Shown: positions 53,455 to 64,000 of the stretch, in pieces
Position numbering within the stretch: position 1 is the stretch's first letter
Layout of the letters: each line of letters opens with the position of its first letter
Assembly (NCBI GenBank): GCA_963755915.1
Contig: CAVWLP010000002.1
Span: 672,001-736,000, forward strand
Source of the DNA: an uncultured Phycisphaerales bacterium
GTDB taxonomy: Bacteria; Planctomycetota; Phycisphaerae; Tepidisphaerales; Tepidisphaeraceae
Length of the DNA: 64,000 bases
Direction of reading: 5' to 3'
Translations under genes and position numbers: made by a program
The notes under the pieces: generated by a model
Database searches by the model: none
Told to the model about the DNA's origin: nothing
What the model saw: the letters and a program-made list of their open reading frames with translations, nothing else

Positions 53455-54449
53455 TTGACCCGCGAGAATCCGATTCAATTTGCGCGTCAGGTTCTGGAAG
53501 CCGAGGCCGCCGCCGTGCGGAGCGTGGCTTTGGCGGTTGACGCCTCGTTTGAGCGTGCGGCAGAGTTGATACTCCAGTGCAAGGGGTCGGTGCTGACCAG
53601 CGGGGTGGGGAAGGCCGGGCATGTGGCGAGAAAGCTCTCGGCCACGCTTGCCAGCACGGGCACGCCGAGCCATTTCCTTTCCGCGGCGGATGCCGTGCAT
53701 GGGGACCTCGGGTCCATTCGCGAGGGGGATATCGTCCTGATCCTCTCCGCCAGCGGGGAAAGCGATGAAATCCTGCGGCTTCTGAGCCTGGTGAAAAAGC
53801 TGGGGCATCCGGTGATCGCGATCACCGCCACGACCACCAGCGGGCTGGGAAAATCGGCCGATATCGTTTTGGCGATGGGGAAAATCGAGGAAGCCTGCCC
53901 GCTGGGCCTAGCGCCCAGCGCTTCGACCACCGCCATGATGGCACTGGGGGATGCACTGGCGCTGACGGTGATGAAGCTGCGGAACTTCACCTCGGAAGAC
54001 TTCGCCCTGTTTCATCCGGGCGGAAACCTGGGCGCAAACTCATTCGCGTCGGGGAAGCGATGACGTTTCGCAAAGGGGAAAATTTGGCCCTGGCCCAGGA
54101 TCAGCTCACCGTCGCGCAGGTGCTGCGCGAGGTCAGCACCATCAAGCGGCGCAGTGGGGCGGTGGTTCTCGTCGACGCATCGGGAAAACTCTCGGGGATT
54201 TTTTCGGATGGAGATTTGCGCCGGCTGATCACCGGCAACGATGGATCGGCCCTGAGCAAAAAGATGGCCGATGTCATGACGCGGTCGCCAAAGCGGATTT
54301 CCGAAAATGCTCTGGCCAGCGAGGCGATGGCGCTGATGCGGCCATTCCGCATCGACGAGCTGCCGGTGGTGGATGACCAGGACCGTCCGGTGGGCCTGAT
54401 CGACGTTCAGGACCTTGTGGTGCTGCGCATGCTGGATGTGGGCGAATGA
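53455..54449 (+). CDS. kdsD: KpsF/GutQ/KdsD arabinose-5-phosphate isomerase (SIS plus two CBS domains); frameshift near 54030
   Basis: SGVGKAGHVARKLSATLASTGTPS, HGDLG, LAPSASTT, FHPGG, GIFSDGDLRR. Confidence 0.9.
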
Positions 54450-57400
54450 AGCGCCTTCTTCCGATCGTTGCCACTGCCGTCGTGCTGGGGCTGGGGTTTG
54501 CCGTCTATTTTCATTTCCAGCCGACGTATCGCGCATCGAATGCCAACGAGACGACGACCGACCAGTTTCCGGATTCGAACTCGCAGGGGACGGGCCTGCT
54601 CAGAGCCGGCAGCGGTGCGTGGGTGAAACAGTATGACCGGGAGGGGCAGCTTTATTACCAGTTCAAATCGGCCTACTACGATCCGCAGCCGGACGGGACG
54701 GTGAAGGTGACGTTGCCGCTGATCCAATTTTTTCTGAGCAACCACCAGGTGCTGCAGATCGAGGGAAACGACGGCGTGATTCGCTTTGCGCCGGGGGCGG
54801 ACAAAAGTATCGCGCCCAATTCGCCCGCGGATCCGCCGCGCAACGGAAATCTGCGGAACGTGAAGGTGAAGCTTTTTGCCTCAGCGGACCAGGTGAATTC
54901 CGGCGATCCGGACATGACGATGACGATGACGAATGCGGAGTTTGACAACGACACGTATCGCCTCTTCACGCAGGAATACACTGACGCAAATGGAAAGGTG
55001 ATTCACGCTGACGATGTGCCGGTGACGGTGCGGTCGCGGGATTATTCCTTCAGCGGGTCGGGGCTGGTGATGTACTGGAACGACGTGGACCACCGGCTGA
55101 AATCGCTGGAGATCGCCCGGGGGACGGATCTGACGATTACGAACGTGGGCGGAATTGCGGGGGATCGCCCTGCCGGGCCGGCGCCGAGCGAGGAGCCGAA
55201 TGCGGGGCTCGCGCCCAGGCGGCGGTGACGACCCCCCCACCGACGACATCGGCCTCGCCGCCGGAGGCTCCGGCGCGATATACCGCGTCGTTCTTCGACA
55301 ATGTTCGCGTGGTGGAGAGCCAGGACGCCATCAAAGCCGATCGGATGGACGTGGATTTTGTGGGCCGGGGGCAGGGGAGTGCGCCGACGGTTGCCGGATC
55401 TGCTGCAACGCCGCCGGCGACGCGGCCGGTTGCTGAATCGATCGCCGCTCCGTCGTCTCCGACCAGCCGGCCCGCGCCGGAAATCATTCACGTCTACTGG
55501 ACCGGGCGAATGCGGATGGTGCCGACCGATCTGGCGACGGCCCCCCCGCTGCCGGATGGGAAGGCGATCATCCATCTCACCGGCTCACCGGTCAGCGTCC
55601 ACCAGCTTGCGGCCGACGGGAAGCAATCGGTTGATGTTCGCTGCGACGACCTGCAATATCGCACGGCTGATTCGGGAGCGAGGCTGCAGGGCAATGTGGT
55701 CATGGAGCAAACCAATGCCCAAGGGGTCGTCTCAACCGTGATGGGAGAGGACCTCGATTTTTCGCATGCCACGCGTCTTGCGACGTTCACCGGCCCCGGA
55801 CAGACGCGATTTCCCGATCCGAGCGATCCGAAGAATATCCTCAAATCGCAGTGGTCGACCGGCGCAACCGTCCAGCTTTACGACACGGGCCGCGAGCAGA
55901 TGCAGATCAGCAGCGCCGATCTGGAGGGAGATGTGGATGTGAACGACGAGCCGAGATTTCGTCTGACCGCCCGGCGAAACGTGAGGCTGCAATTTGCCGG
56001 GGGTGATTCGGCGCAATCGAGCAGTTCCGGATCCCCCCCACTCACGCAGATTGCCGCCAACGGGAACGTCCGGTGCGTCGTCCACGAGGCGAATCAGAAA
56101 GACCGGCTGATCAGCGGCCAGCATCTTGAGCTTCTGCGCGATGCGGGACCGGATGGAAAGTTCTTCGCCAAAACGCTGCTCTGCGATGGGGACGTACACG
56201 CAGAGCAGGAGGATCAATCGCTGAGCTGCCAGAATCTGCGGGTGGACCTGTTTCCGACGACCCGAGCCAGCACGAGCAATGACGATCTCTCAAGCGAAGT
56301 GGCCCTCGACCGCCTGGTTGCGACGACGGACGTTAACGTAACCGGCAAGGATGGATCATCGGTGAGCGCGGATAATTTGGACGTACAAATGATCGACGAT
56401 CATCCCCACGTAAAGCTCCAGGGCTCGGCGGATGAGCCGGCGGTGGTGCGGAACAAGACTTCGCGAATGACGGGCAACGTGATCGAGCTTTCGCCGCACG
56501 ATCAGACGGCGTCGGTGGATGGGCCGGGGACGTTCGACGGGACGGAGCAGCCGACCGATCCCAAACAGACGCCGCGCCCGCTGAAGCTGACGTGGGAGAA
56601 TGGAGCATCGCTGGACGGCAATGCGAATCATGTCGAAATTCTTGGGGGCGTGAGCGCGATCACGCAGGAGGCGGACGGCACCGAGGATTCGGCGAACTGC
56701 GACCGCATTGTCGGCACGCTGGTGGACGTGGCCCCGAGCACCCAGCCGGCAACGCGGAAATCCGACAGCGACGCGCTGGCGGCGGGATCTGATTTCATGC
56801 GGAATAAGCAGCTTAAGCTGCTGTCGCTTCAGACGGATCAGGGCTCTACCAAAAAGCGATCGGAAGTGCGGTCGTATCTGGCGGACTCAGGGGGAAACCT
56901 GCTGCACCAGTTCGATCTGCTGGCGCAGACGATCGATTATGACGTCGCCACCCGGCGGCTGAGCGTGGCCGGGCCGGGGGATATTCTGGCGGTCGAGAAT
57001 TCATCCACGACCCGGCCGTCACAGGGCAATGCCTCGGTCATGGGAGGCCAGGGGAGCACGGCGATCGACTGGAAGAAGCGGTTTATCTACGACGACGCGA
57101 ATCATTCGGCCGTGATTGAGGGGGATATTACCGTCGTCCATCAGGACAACGCGAAATCGCAATCGCTGCGGCTGGACCGGGCGGATATCGTGCAGGCGGA
57201 ATTTGCCCCGGCGGTGGGGCAGCAGCCCAGCGCGTCGCCAAAACTTCAGCGCGTCACCGCCACCGGCCCGATCCTGATCCGAACGACCGACAAAACCGTC
57301 GATTGCGGCGAGTTGGATTTTGACGCGGTGGCGCAGGTGCTGACGTGTCTGGGCGGGGAGATCGGGAAGGTGACGGTCATCGACAACGCCAATCTCTCGC

Positions 57401-57483
57401 AGGTGGATTGCCAGCAGGCGGTGATCGACATCAAGACCGGGGAACTGGTCAAGATGACGAACGTCACCGCGCATGGGCAATAA
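54446..57483 (+). CDS. Large membrane-anchored LptC/LptA (OstA)-like beta-jellyroll protein; ORFs 54446-55228 and 55225-57483 are probably one gene
   Basis: N-terminal transmembrane helix; beta-rich repeats such as PVTVRS..FSGSGL, ASFFDNVRV, ARLQGNV, IAANGNVR, LCDGDVHAEQ, AVIEGDITV; ATGA overlap with kdsD. Confidence 0.55.
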
Positions 57484-57512
57484 GGGGCGATTGACGAAGT
57501 GCGGAGCGGCCG

Positions 57513-59583
57513 ATGGGTGACGTGGAAGTTGATCAGAAATTCCGGCTTGCCGCGAGCCATCATCTCGCTGGGCGGCTTGCGGAGGCGGAGCGCTCCTATC
57601 GCGAGGTTTTGGCCGCGGAACCAGATCATGCCGGGGCACTTCAATATCTGGGGGCGCTGTGCCTGAGGTTGGGGCGGGTGGATGAAGCGATTGAGCTCAT
57701 TCAGCGCTCGATTGAACTTAAGCCGGACGATATCGACGCCCATGGAAATCTAGGAAATGCGCTGCGGGCCAAGGGAGATTTCTCCGGAGCCGCTGATTCT
57801 TACGAGCGCGCGATCCAATTGAAGCCCGGCGAGGCGCAGATCTATTTCAATCTCGGAAACGTGCGCGTGGACCAGGGCCGGCTCGATCTGGCGATAGAAT
57901 CCTATCGCCGGGCCATCGAGCTTAAGAAGGATTTCGCGGGGGCTTTTTACAACCTTGGCAAAGCCCTGGCCGACCAGCGGCAGTGGGCAGAGGCCGCGGC
58001 GGCGTTTCAGGGGGCCATCGGCGCCCAGCCCAGGTTTCCCGAGGCCCATTTTAACCTTGGGCATTCCCTGCTTGAAGTACGGCAATTTGAAGAGGCGGCC
58101 AAGGCGCTGCGGACGGCGATTCAATTTGTGCCGCACAGCGCCGAGGCGCGAAATATGCTCGGCAATGCGCTGTCGCACATGGGGGACAGCGAAGGGGCCG
58201 AGCGGGAATTCCGGGAGGCGATCCGGCTTAAGCCGGATTACGACGTTACGTACAGCAACCTGGGGCGCACGCAGGCGGAAAATGGGGAGATGGACGATGC
58301 GCTGCAGAACTTCCGGCGGGCCGTTGAGCTTGCACCGAATAATCCGGTTATCCACAGCAACCTGGTTTACGGGCTCTATTTTCGCGCGGGCTCGACGGCG
58401 GCGGAAATTCTTTCCGAGCATCGCCAATGGGCGCAGCGTCATGCCCGGGCCTTTGTCTCGCAAATTCGCTCGCATGAGAACGACCGCGATCCGAATCGGC
58501 GGCTGCGAATCGGATATGTCTCGCCGGATATCTGGAACCATCCCGTGGGCCGGTTCATGATGCCCCTGCTGGCGGCGCACGATCATGGCCAGTTTGAAAT
58601 CTTTTGCTATTCGTCGGTGGTGAATCCTGATGCTTTTACCACCCGCGCAGGGATATACGGATGTCTGGCGCGACATCAAAACACTGTCCGACGAATCCGC
58701 GGCAGATGTGATCCGCGGCGACCGGATCGACATCCTGGTCGATCTCTCCTTGCACATGGCCGGCAATCGTATGCTTCTTTTCGCCCGGCGGCCGGCGCCC
58801 GTGCAGGTGACGTATCTGGCTTATCCCGGGACCTCCGGATTGGACGTGATGGACTACCGCATCAGCGATCCGTTTATTGACCCTCCCGGCAGCGACGACG
58901 GCCGGTACAGCGAGAAATCGATTCGGCTGCCGCATTGTTACTGGTGCTACGAAGCGCCCGAGGGATCGCCCGATGTTGCCCCCCTTCCGGCGGCGGGGTG
59001 TGGAAAAGTGATGTTTGGGTGCCTGAACAATTTCTCCAAGGTTTCGCCGGCCGCGCTGGAGACATGGGCGGCGATTCTTTCGGCGCTGCCGGGTTCGCGA
59101 TTGCTGCTCCATGCGCAGGTGGGGAGCCACCGCGATCGCGCCTGCAGATTCTTCGCGCAGCGCGGCGTGAGTTCCGATCGGCTCAGCTTCGTGCAAAGAG
59201 CGCCGTTTTTTGAATATTTGAAGACCTACGAGCGCATCGACATCGCCCTCGATCCGTTCCCCTATGTCGGCGGCACAACGTCGTGCGATGCGCTGTGGAT
59301 GGGCGCGCCGGTCGTGACGCTTGCCGGCGAACTCGCGACGGGCCGGGGCGGGGTAAGCATCATGAACAATATCGCTCACAGGGAATGGATCGCGGGTTCA
59401 GCGGACGGATACATCGATATCGCCACAGGTCTCGCGGCCGATTTGCCGCGCCTGGCGGAGATTCGTGCAAGCCTGCGCGATCAAATGCGGAATTCCCCGC
59501 TGATGGACGCGAAACGCTTCGCCACCGACATGGAAAATGCCTATCGGCAGATGTGGCAGGCGTGGAGCCGGGCGCAGCGGTGA
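57513..59583 (+). CDS. TPR-repeat O-GlcNAc transferase-like protein (SPINDLY/GT41); frameshift near 58645
   Basis: About eight TPRs, RLRIGYVSPD..HPVGRF, IDILVDLSLH, RPAPVQVTYLAYPGTSG, FGCLNNFSK, DIALDPFPYVGGTTSCDALWMG. Confidence 0.9.
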
Positions 59584-60390
59584 TCAATACAATTCAAGTT
59601 CTCGCGTCGATTCGATGAGGCCAGCTTCCCGCGCCAGGCGATGGAACAATCGAACCGCCTCCAGCTCGCGGTCGCCGACCTCGAACTTCAGGTGCTCGCT
59701 GAGATATTTCATGGCCAGATCGGCGGGCCAGCCACGCGGAACGGCATCGCGGCGAATGATTGCGGGAAGATTGGCCATCCCCAATTCCCGCGCCTTGCGG
59801 AGACGGTCGGGAAGGTCGCCGAGTCTGATCCCCGCTCGTGTAATCCACACCGCGAAAACGAATGGCATTCCCGTGAGCTGCTTCCAGGCTTCGCCGAGAT
59901 CGAGTTGATGTGCCATGCCCGGCGGCTCGTCGCAGACAACTTTGTCGCCGATCAGAAGAACCGCTCCCGTCCCGGTTTTGCCAGTGTCAGTTAGTTGGGG
60001 CGAAAAATCGCGAAATTCCGGGCGGATTCCGTAGCGCCGCGCCAAGACGATTCTCGCCAGGGCGACCGACGTATGGCTCTCGCTGTCGCACGCCAGTTCC
60101 TGGATCTGCTCGATGGGTTTGCGGCTGAATATGCGGACGGTAAGGGTCGGCCCGTCGCATCCGATCCCCCCTGCCGGCACGATCCGGGCGTCGTAGAGCC
60201 GCTGATAGTCGATCACCGGCAGAAGGGCTACGTCGAACTCGCTGGACTGCAGCCCCGCCAGGAGCTTGGCGGGAACGGCCAGCTTGAGATCTATATCGCG
60301 GTCGCTCTCAAGCCCATAGATCAGCGGCTTTGCATTGAGATAGCTGACGCAGCCGACGCGCAGGCGGCGTACCGTGGACGGGGCACTCAT
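59584..60390 (-). CDS. mqnA: Chorismate dehydratase (futalosine menaquinone pathway)
   Basis: VGCVSYLNAKPL, SHTSVAL, LLIGD, DLGEAWKQLTGMPFVFAVW. Confidence 0.92.
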   Translation of the reverse strand: MSAPSTVRRLRVGCVSYLNAKPLIYGLESDRDIDLKLAVPAKLLAGLQSSEFDVALLPVIDYQRLYDARIVPAGGIGCDGPTLTVRIFSRKPIEQIQELACDSESHTSVALARIVLARRYGIRPEFRDFSPQLTDTGKTGTGAVLLIGDKVVCDEPPGMAHQLDLGEAWKQLTGMPFVFAVWITRAGIRLGDLPDRLRKARELGMANLPAIIRRDAVPRGWPADLAMKYLSEHLKFEVGDRELEAVRLFHRLAREAGLIESTRELELY

Positions 60391-60437
60391 TGAGATCGTT
60401 TATATCGCAACGACCGCTAACCCGCACCAAAGGGGAA

Positions 60438-61601
60438 TCACTTGACCTCAACCCGGCCACGTGCCGGGTCTTCGACCCGCGTGGCTTGCTTGCGCCATCG
60501 CGTGGGGGTGAGCCCGGTCGACTGTTTGAACCGGCTGGTGAAGTGGCTCTGGTGCGCAAAACCACAAACCTTGGAGATTTCGGCCAGCTCCGTGGTGCGG
60601 CCGTGGAGCAGCCGCTTGGCATAATAAATCTGGCACTCCAGCAGGAAATGCTTGGGGGTAATTCCAAGCAATTCGGTAAACCGGCGATGGAAATGAAACG
60701 GGCTGAGATGGACAAATTTGGCGATTTCGCCCAAAGTCGGCCCGCGCCGGAAATGCTCGTTCATGAACTGGATCGCGGGCACCAGCCGGCTCAGCTCCGT
60801 GTCGGCGGCCACGTCAGCGGCCCGGAGGGAGATCCAATTGCAATAGGTGGGCAGCAGGCAATACATCACAATCGGCCCCGCTCCCAAGGCCGGATAGCTG
60901 CGGTAGACGACGGATCGGAATATCCAAAGCTGCCCGCGCGAATCGGGAATGCCGACGCGATCGGAGCTGGTCGGCCGGTTTCCGAGCCGCTGGAGCCGGT
61001 GCCGGGCGTCCTGGTGCAATTGATCGACGATGCGTTCGTCTAATTCAGAGATGGACTCAGCAAAAATCGGCTTAAGATTTGAATTGTAGATAAAAAGCCG
61101 GTTGGTGGTCCGCTGAATCCAGGGGGGAGCGCTGGAACAATCCCCGCTCTGAAGGCGGAGGGTCCGCGCGCTTTCGGCCTCGCGGCTCATCTGCCCAGCG
61201 GCGTCGAGGATGGCTTTGACGTCGGCCTCGGGAAACGCGCTGGTTTCGGCGGTCCCGTAAATGTGCAGGGTGCCGTCGTATCCAGGCAACAGCGGCGATT
61301 TGACGGGGGCGGCCACCATCGAGCGGGGCTTAGCGCCATTCAAAAATTCGCGGTAATACCGCGAAGCCTCGAAACCACCGGTCCACGCCTCTTCGCCGCG
61401 GACGGCGCGGTCCTCGATGATCGCGCGCCAGCTTGCCCAGTCCTCGGTATGGAAATCCGTGGTGTAGGGCTTAACCCAGTTCTCACCCAGGTGCGCGGGT
61501 TGAACGATCTGCAACCCCCCACGCGGCATTGTCGAGACGAGCCAGGCTTCTGAAAAACGAACGGTACGACTCAGAGCATCAAATATTTGTCTATATGACA
61601 C
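60438..61601 (-). CDS. AraC-family regulator with an N-terminal GAF-like region
   Basis: LGEIAKFVHLSPFHFHRRF, CGFAHQSHFTSRFKQSTGLTP. Confidence 0.88.
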   Translation of the reverse strand: MSYRQIFDALSRTVRFSEAWLVSTMPRGGLQIVQPAHLGENWVKPYTTDFHTEDWASWRAIIEDRAVRGEEAWTGGFEASRYYREFLNGAKPRSMVAAPVKSPLLPGYDGTLHIYGTAETSAFPEADVKAILDAAGQMSREAESARTLRLQSGDCSSAPPWIQRTTNRLFIYNSNLKPIFAESISELDERIVDQLHQDARHRLQRLGNRPTSSDRVGIPDSRGQLWIFRSVVYRSYPALGAGPIVMYCLLPTYCNWISLRAADVAADTELSRLVPAIQFMNEHFRRGPTLGEIAKFVHLSPFHFHRRFTELLGITPKHFLLECQIYYAKRLLHGRTTELAEISKVCGFAHQSHFTSRFKQSTGLTPTRWRKQATRVEDPARGRVEVK

Positions 61602-62157
61602 GATTCCTCACGGCAATAAAGAACTAAAACCTCTTTGCCATTCTAGTACGCATACATGACTAAAAGTCACTCACTGGCACCAAAATTGTCGACACCCTTA
61701 AAAAGGGGTATCGACTCTCCTCGTTTTTCTTACACTGACTTGCGCCAGCTTCAAGCCATGCCCTCTAAATAGGCAAGATTTAGAAATTGTGAATACGGCC
61801 TGCTTCTAAGATATACAGTACGATACAACGGTCGGTTCTGAGGTTTTGGGCAGGCTGAGCCGTTAAATGACTCTGTTCAGAAATGCGGCAACCTGTTGAT
61901 TGTCAACGGCATCCGACATGCGAAGCCCCTTACTGTTGACCCTCGGCAACACCCCTCATATTCCGAACCGCGTCAATTTGCCACAGAGGGCCTCCCCGAC
62001 CCCCTGGCGCGGGAATCAACCAAACTCCTGACCCTGGTATGGAGGTTGTACTATGGAAACCCACAACCGATATGTTCCGCCAAATCACCACATCGAGGTT
62101 TTGGGATAAGAAGATCCGGATCGGGATCCTTGTCCTCGCCACCTTCATCGCCATGTG

Positions 62158-62694
62158 CTAAACCGACCGGCCGCCCGGCTTGCTCGCCCCCTTAGCGGGC
62201 TGTGCCTTGGCCTCCGGACTCAATCCGAAGATGTGAAACTGATGTGAGATCGGCTCAAATCCGTGTTCCCGGCAAATCTCATCGCGCAACTTTCGTAGCT
62301 TATCGCTGTTAAACTCGATCACCTTCCCCGTTGTTACACAAATGAGATAGTCATACGCCTGCCGGCCGACGATCACATCGTAATACGATTGCTTATTATC
62401 GAAGAACACCTGCTTCAATATCCCCGCATCCTGCAAATGGGAGAGGGTGCGATAGACGGTGGCCCGGCTGACGCGATGGCCAAGCTGCCGGAGATCGACG
62501 GCAAGCTGCTCGGCCTCGAAAAGTGCGGTTTTTCGCAGGACGGCGTCGAGAATCATCGCCCGCTCGGGCGTGAATTTGAGCTTCTGTCCGCGCAGATATC
62601 TGCGGAAGATTGCACAGACCGGCTCATAGGGCAGCGCCTCGGGTTGCGCGGTAATTCGTGGGACATTCGACAGGATGTGCGGGCTGGATGACAT
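62158..62694 (-). CDS. Fur-family transcriptional regulator
   Basis: LKFTPERAMIL, VSRATVYRTL, YDYLICVTTGKVIEF, HQFHIFG. Confidence 0.88.
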   Translation of the reverse strand: MSSSPHILSNVPRITAQPEALPYEPVCAIFRRYLRGQKLKFTPERAMILDAVLRKTALFEAEQLAVDLRQLGHRVSRATVYRTLSHLQDAGILKQVFFDNKQSYYDVIVGRQAYDYLICVTTGKVIEFNSDKLRKLRDEICREHGFEPISHQFHIFGLSPEAKAQPAKGASKPGGRSV

Positions 62695-62726
62695 TCGCCG
62701 GATGAGTCTACGCCCGCGACGGCGCT

Positions 62727-64000
62727 TTGGCCATAAGCGATTTGCCCGCAGGTTTGCCCCCCGTCGTGCGCATCGCGACAATCGGCGCGGTCGTGCCAGA
62801 TCACTCGAATAGATCGCGGTTCAAAAGGTTCGCGCTTGGCCAATTCTCGCTGGGCAGCGCAATCCTCGTGCTTATGGTTGTCGCGGGGTTGAGCGGCATG
62901 GCCGTCTGGCGTGTCCCGCAGCCCCCGCGGGCCGACCTCGTCGTCTGGTCTTTCGACCAGCGAAACGTGGAAATCTTTCGGCGTCCACCGTCGCTGCCGG
63001 ATGCGTTTCGGCGGGATACTGGCCTGACTGCCGCGGTGAGCCTCATGGGCCAGATGGGTGAAAACGTGCGCCTCGCCTCCGCTTTCATGTCCGGCGCCAG
63101 CGGCTCGGCGGCGCCCGATCTATGCGAGATCGAAATCAATTCCATCGGCCAATTCCTGCGCCCCCGCCGCCGACGTCGGTCTGCTCCCGCTGAACGATTT
63201 TCTCGAACAGTCCGGCTGGGAACGCCGAATCGTCCCCAGCCGATTTGCGCCCTGGTCGAAATTCGAAAACGGAAAGCGGATCATTTTCGGCGTGCCGCTG
63301 GACGTGCATCCCGTCGCCATCGCGTTTCGCAAGGATCTCTTCGATGCCGCCGGCGTCGACCTCGCCGGTGCGAAGAGCTGGGCCGAATTCCAGCAAGACT
63401 GCATTGCCTTCCAGCGCTATTGGTCGGCCCACGGCTTTCCCAATCGCCGCGCCGTCGCGCTCTCCAGCGCGTCCGCGGAGCAGATTCTCGAGATGCTCTT
63501 GCAACGCCATGTGAATCTGATCGACCAGCAGGACCAATTGCATTTCGACGATACCCGGACTTTGGACACGCTCGTCTGCTACGCCCGGATGGTGGCCGGC
63601 CCGAACCGCGTCAGCGGCGAAGTTTCTCCGGGCGTTCAATGGACGGACGATCTCGCCTCCGGGCGCGTTTGCGCCGCGATGATCCCCGACTGGAAGGCCG
63701 ACGATCTCCGCCAATATGCCCCGGAGATTTGGACCCAAATCGCCATGATGCCCCTTCCGCGCTTTGAGCCGGACGATTCCCCCACCAGCACCGCCGGCGG
63801 GACGATGGTGGGCATTTGCCGAACCTGCACCAATCCCCAGGCTGCGTGGAAGCTGCTGGAATACTTGTATCTGGGAAACGAATCGCAGCAGGCGCGCCTC
63901 GCCGCCGGAGATTATGTTCTGCCCGCGATCCCGCAGTATTGGAACGACGCCGCCTATCGCCACGATCTCATGGTATCGCTCGCGCCGCAGGTTCCGGAGC
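62727..64000 (+). CDS. ABC transporter sugar-type solute-binding protein; frameshift near 63165, start uncertain, runs off the window
   Basis: Transmembrane anchor, LVVWSF, APDLCEIE, then GLLPLNDF...IFGVPLDVHPVAIAFRKDLFDAAG...GGTMVGI in the shifted frame. Confidence 0.8.

Noticed and set aside
58348-58356. Perfect DnaA box TTATCCACA
   Set aside because: Single copy inside a CDS, with no cluster or AT-rich unwinding element.
61602-62157. AT-rich gap with an imperfect palindrome near 61688-61714 and a 99-aa ORF
   Set aside because: No recognisable gene or RNA; most simply the promoter region of the AraC gene.

Overview
GC-rich bacterial chromosome segment, probably a planctomycete of the Phycisphaerae/Tepidisphaerales type. 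That assignment is an inference from the PEP-CTERM protein, 'TTRP/TTQP' linkers, the futalosine gene mqnA and the intergenic repeat style. The window holds about 50 CDS: glycoside hydrolases (GH50-like, GH95, GH51, GH113), a Wzx/Wzy-type polysaccharide locus, housekeeping genes (ppa, HU, tyrS, nadB, nuoC, murG, pyk, aspS, lpxA, prfB, scpA, kdsD, mqnA, Fur), a putative nucleotidyltransferase toxin-antitoxin pair, one complete IS110/IS1111-type element, one complete IS3 element, two MITEs and several REP-like palindrome families. About 17 genes, including aspS, carry frameshifts that look like long-read indel errors; only the prfB and IS3 shifts look programmed. The best finding is in the IS110 3' non-coding end, which contains a readable bridge-RNA target-binding loop whose two guide segments match the two flanks of the element's own insertion site, a REP-like repeat. 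Other leads: a priming glycosyltransferase fused to a degenerate GGDEF domain with an intact RxxD site beside a Wzc with substituted catalytic motifs, a candidate structured sRNA, triply nested palindromic repeats, a giant Lpt-like protein and recurrent leaderless-type promoters. I found no rRNA, tRNA or CRISPR array.
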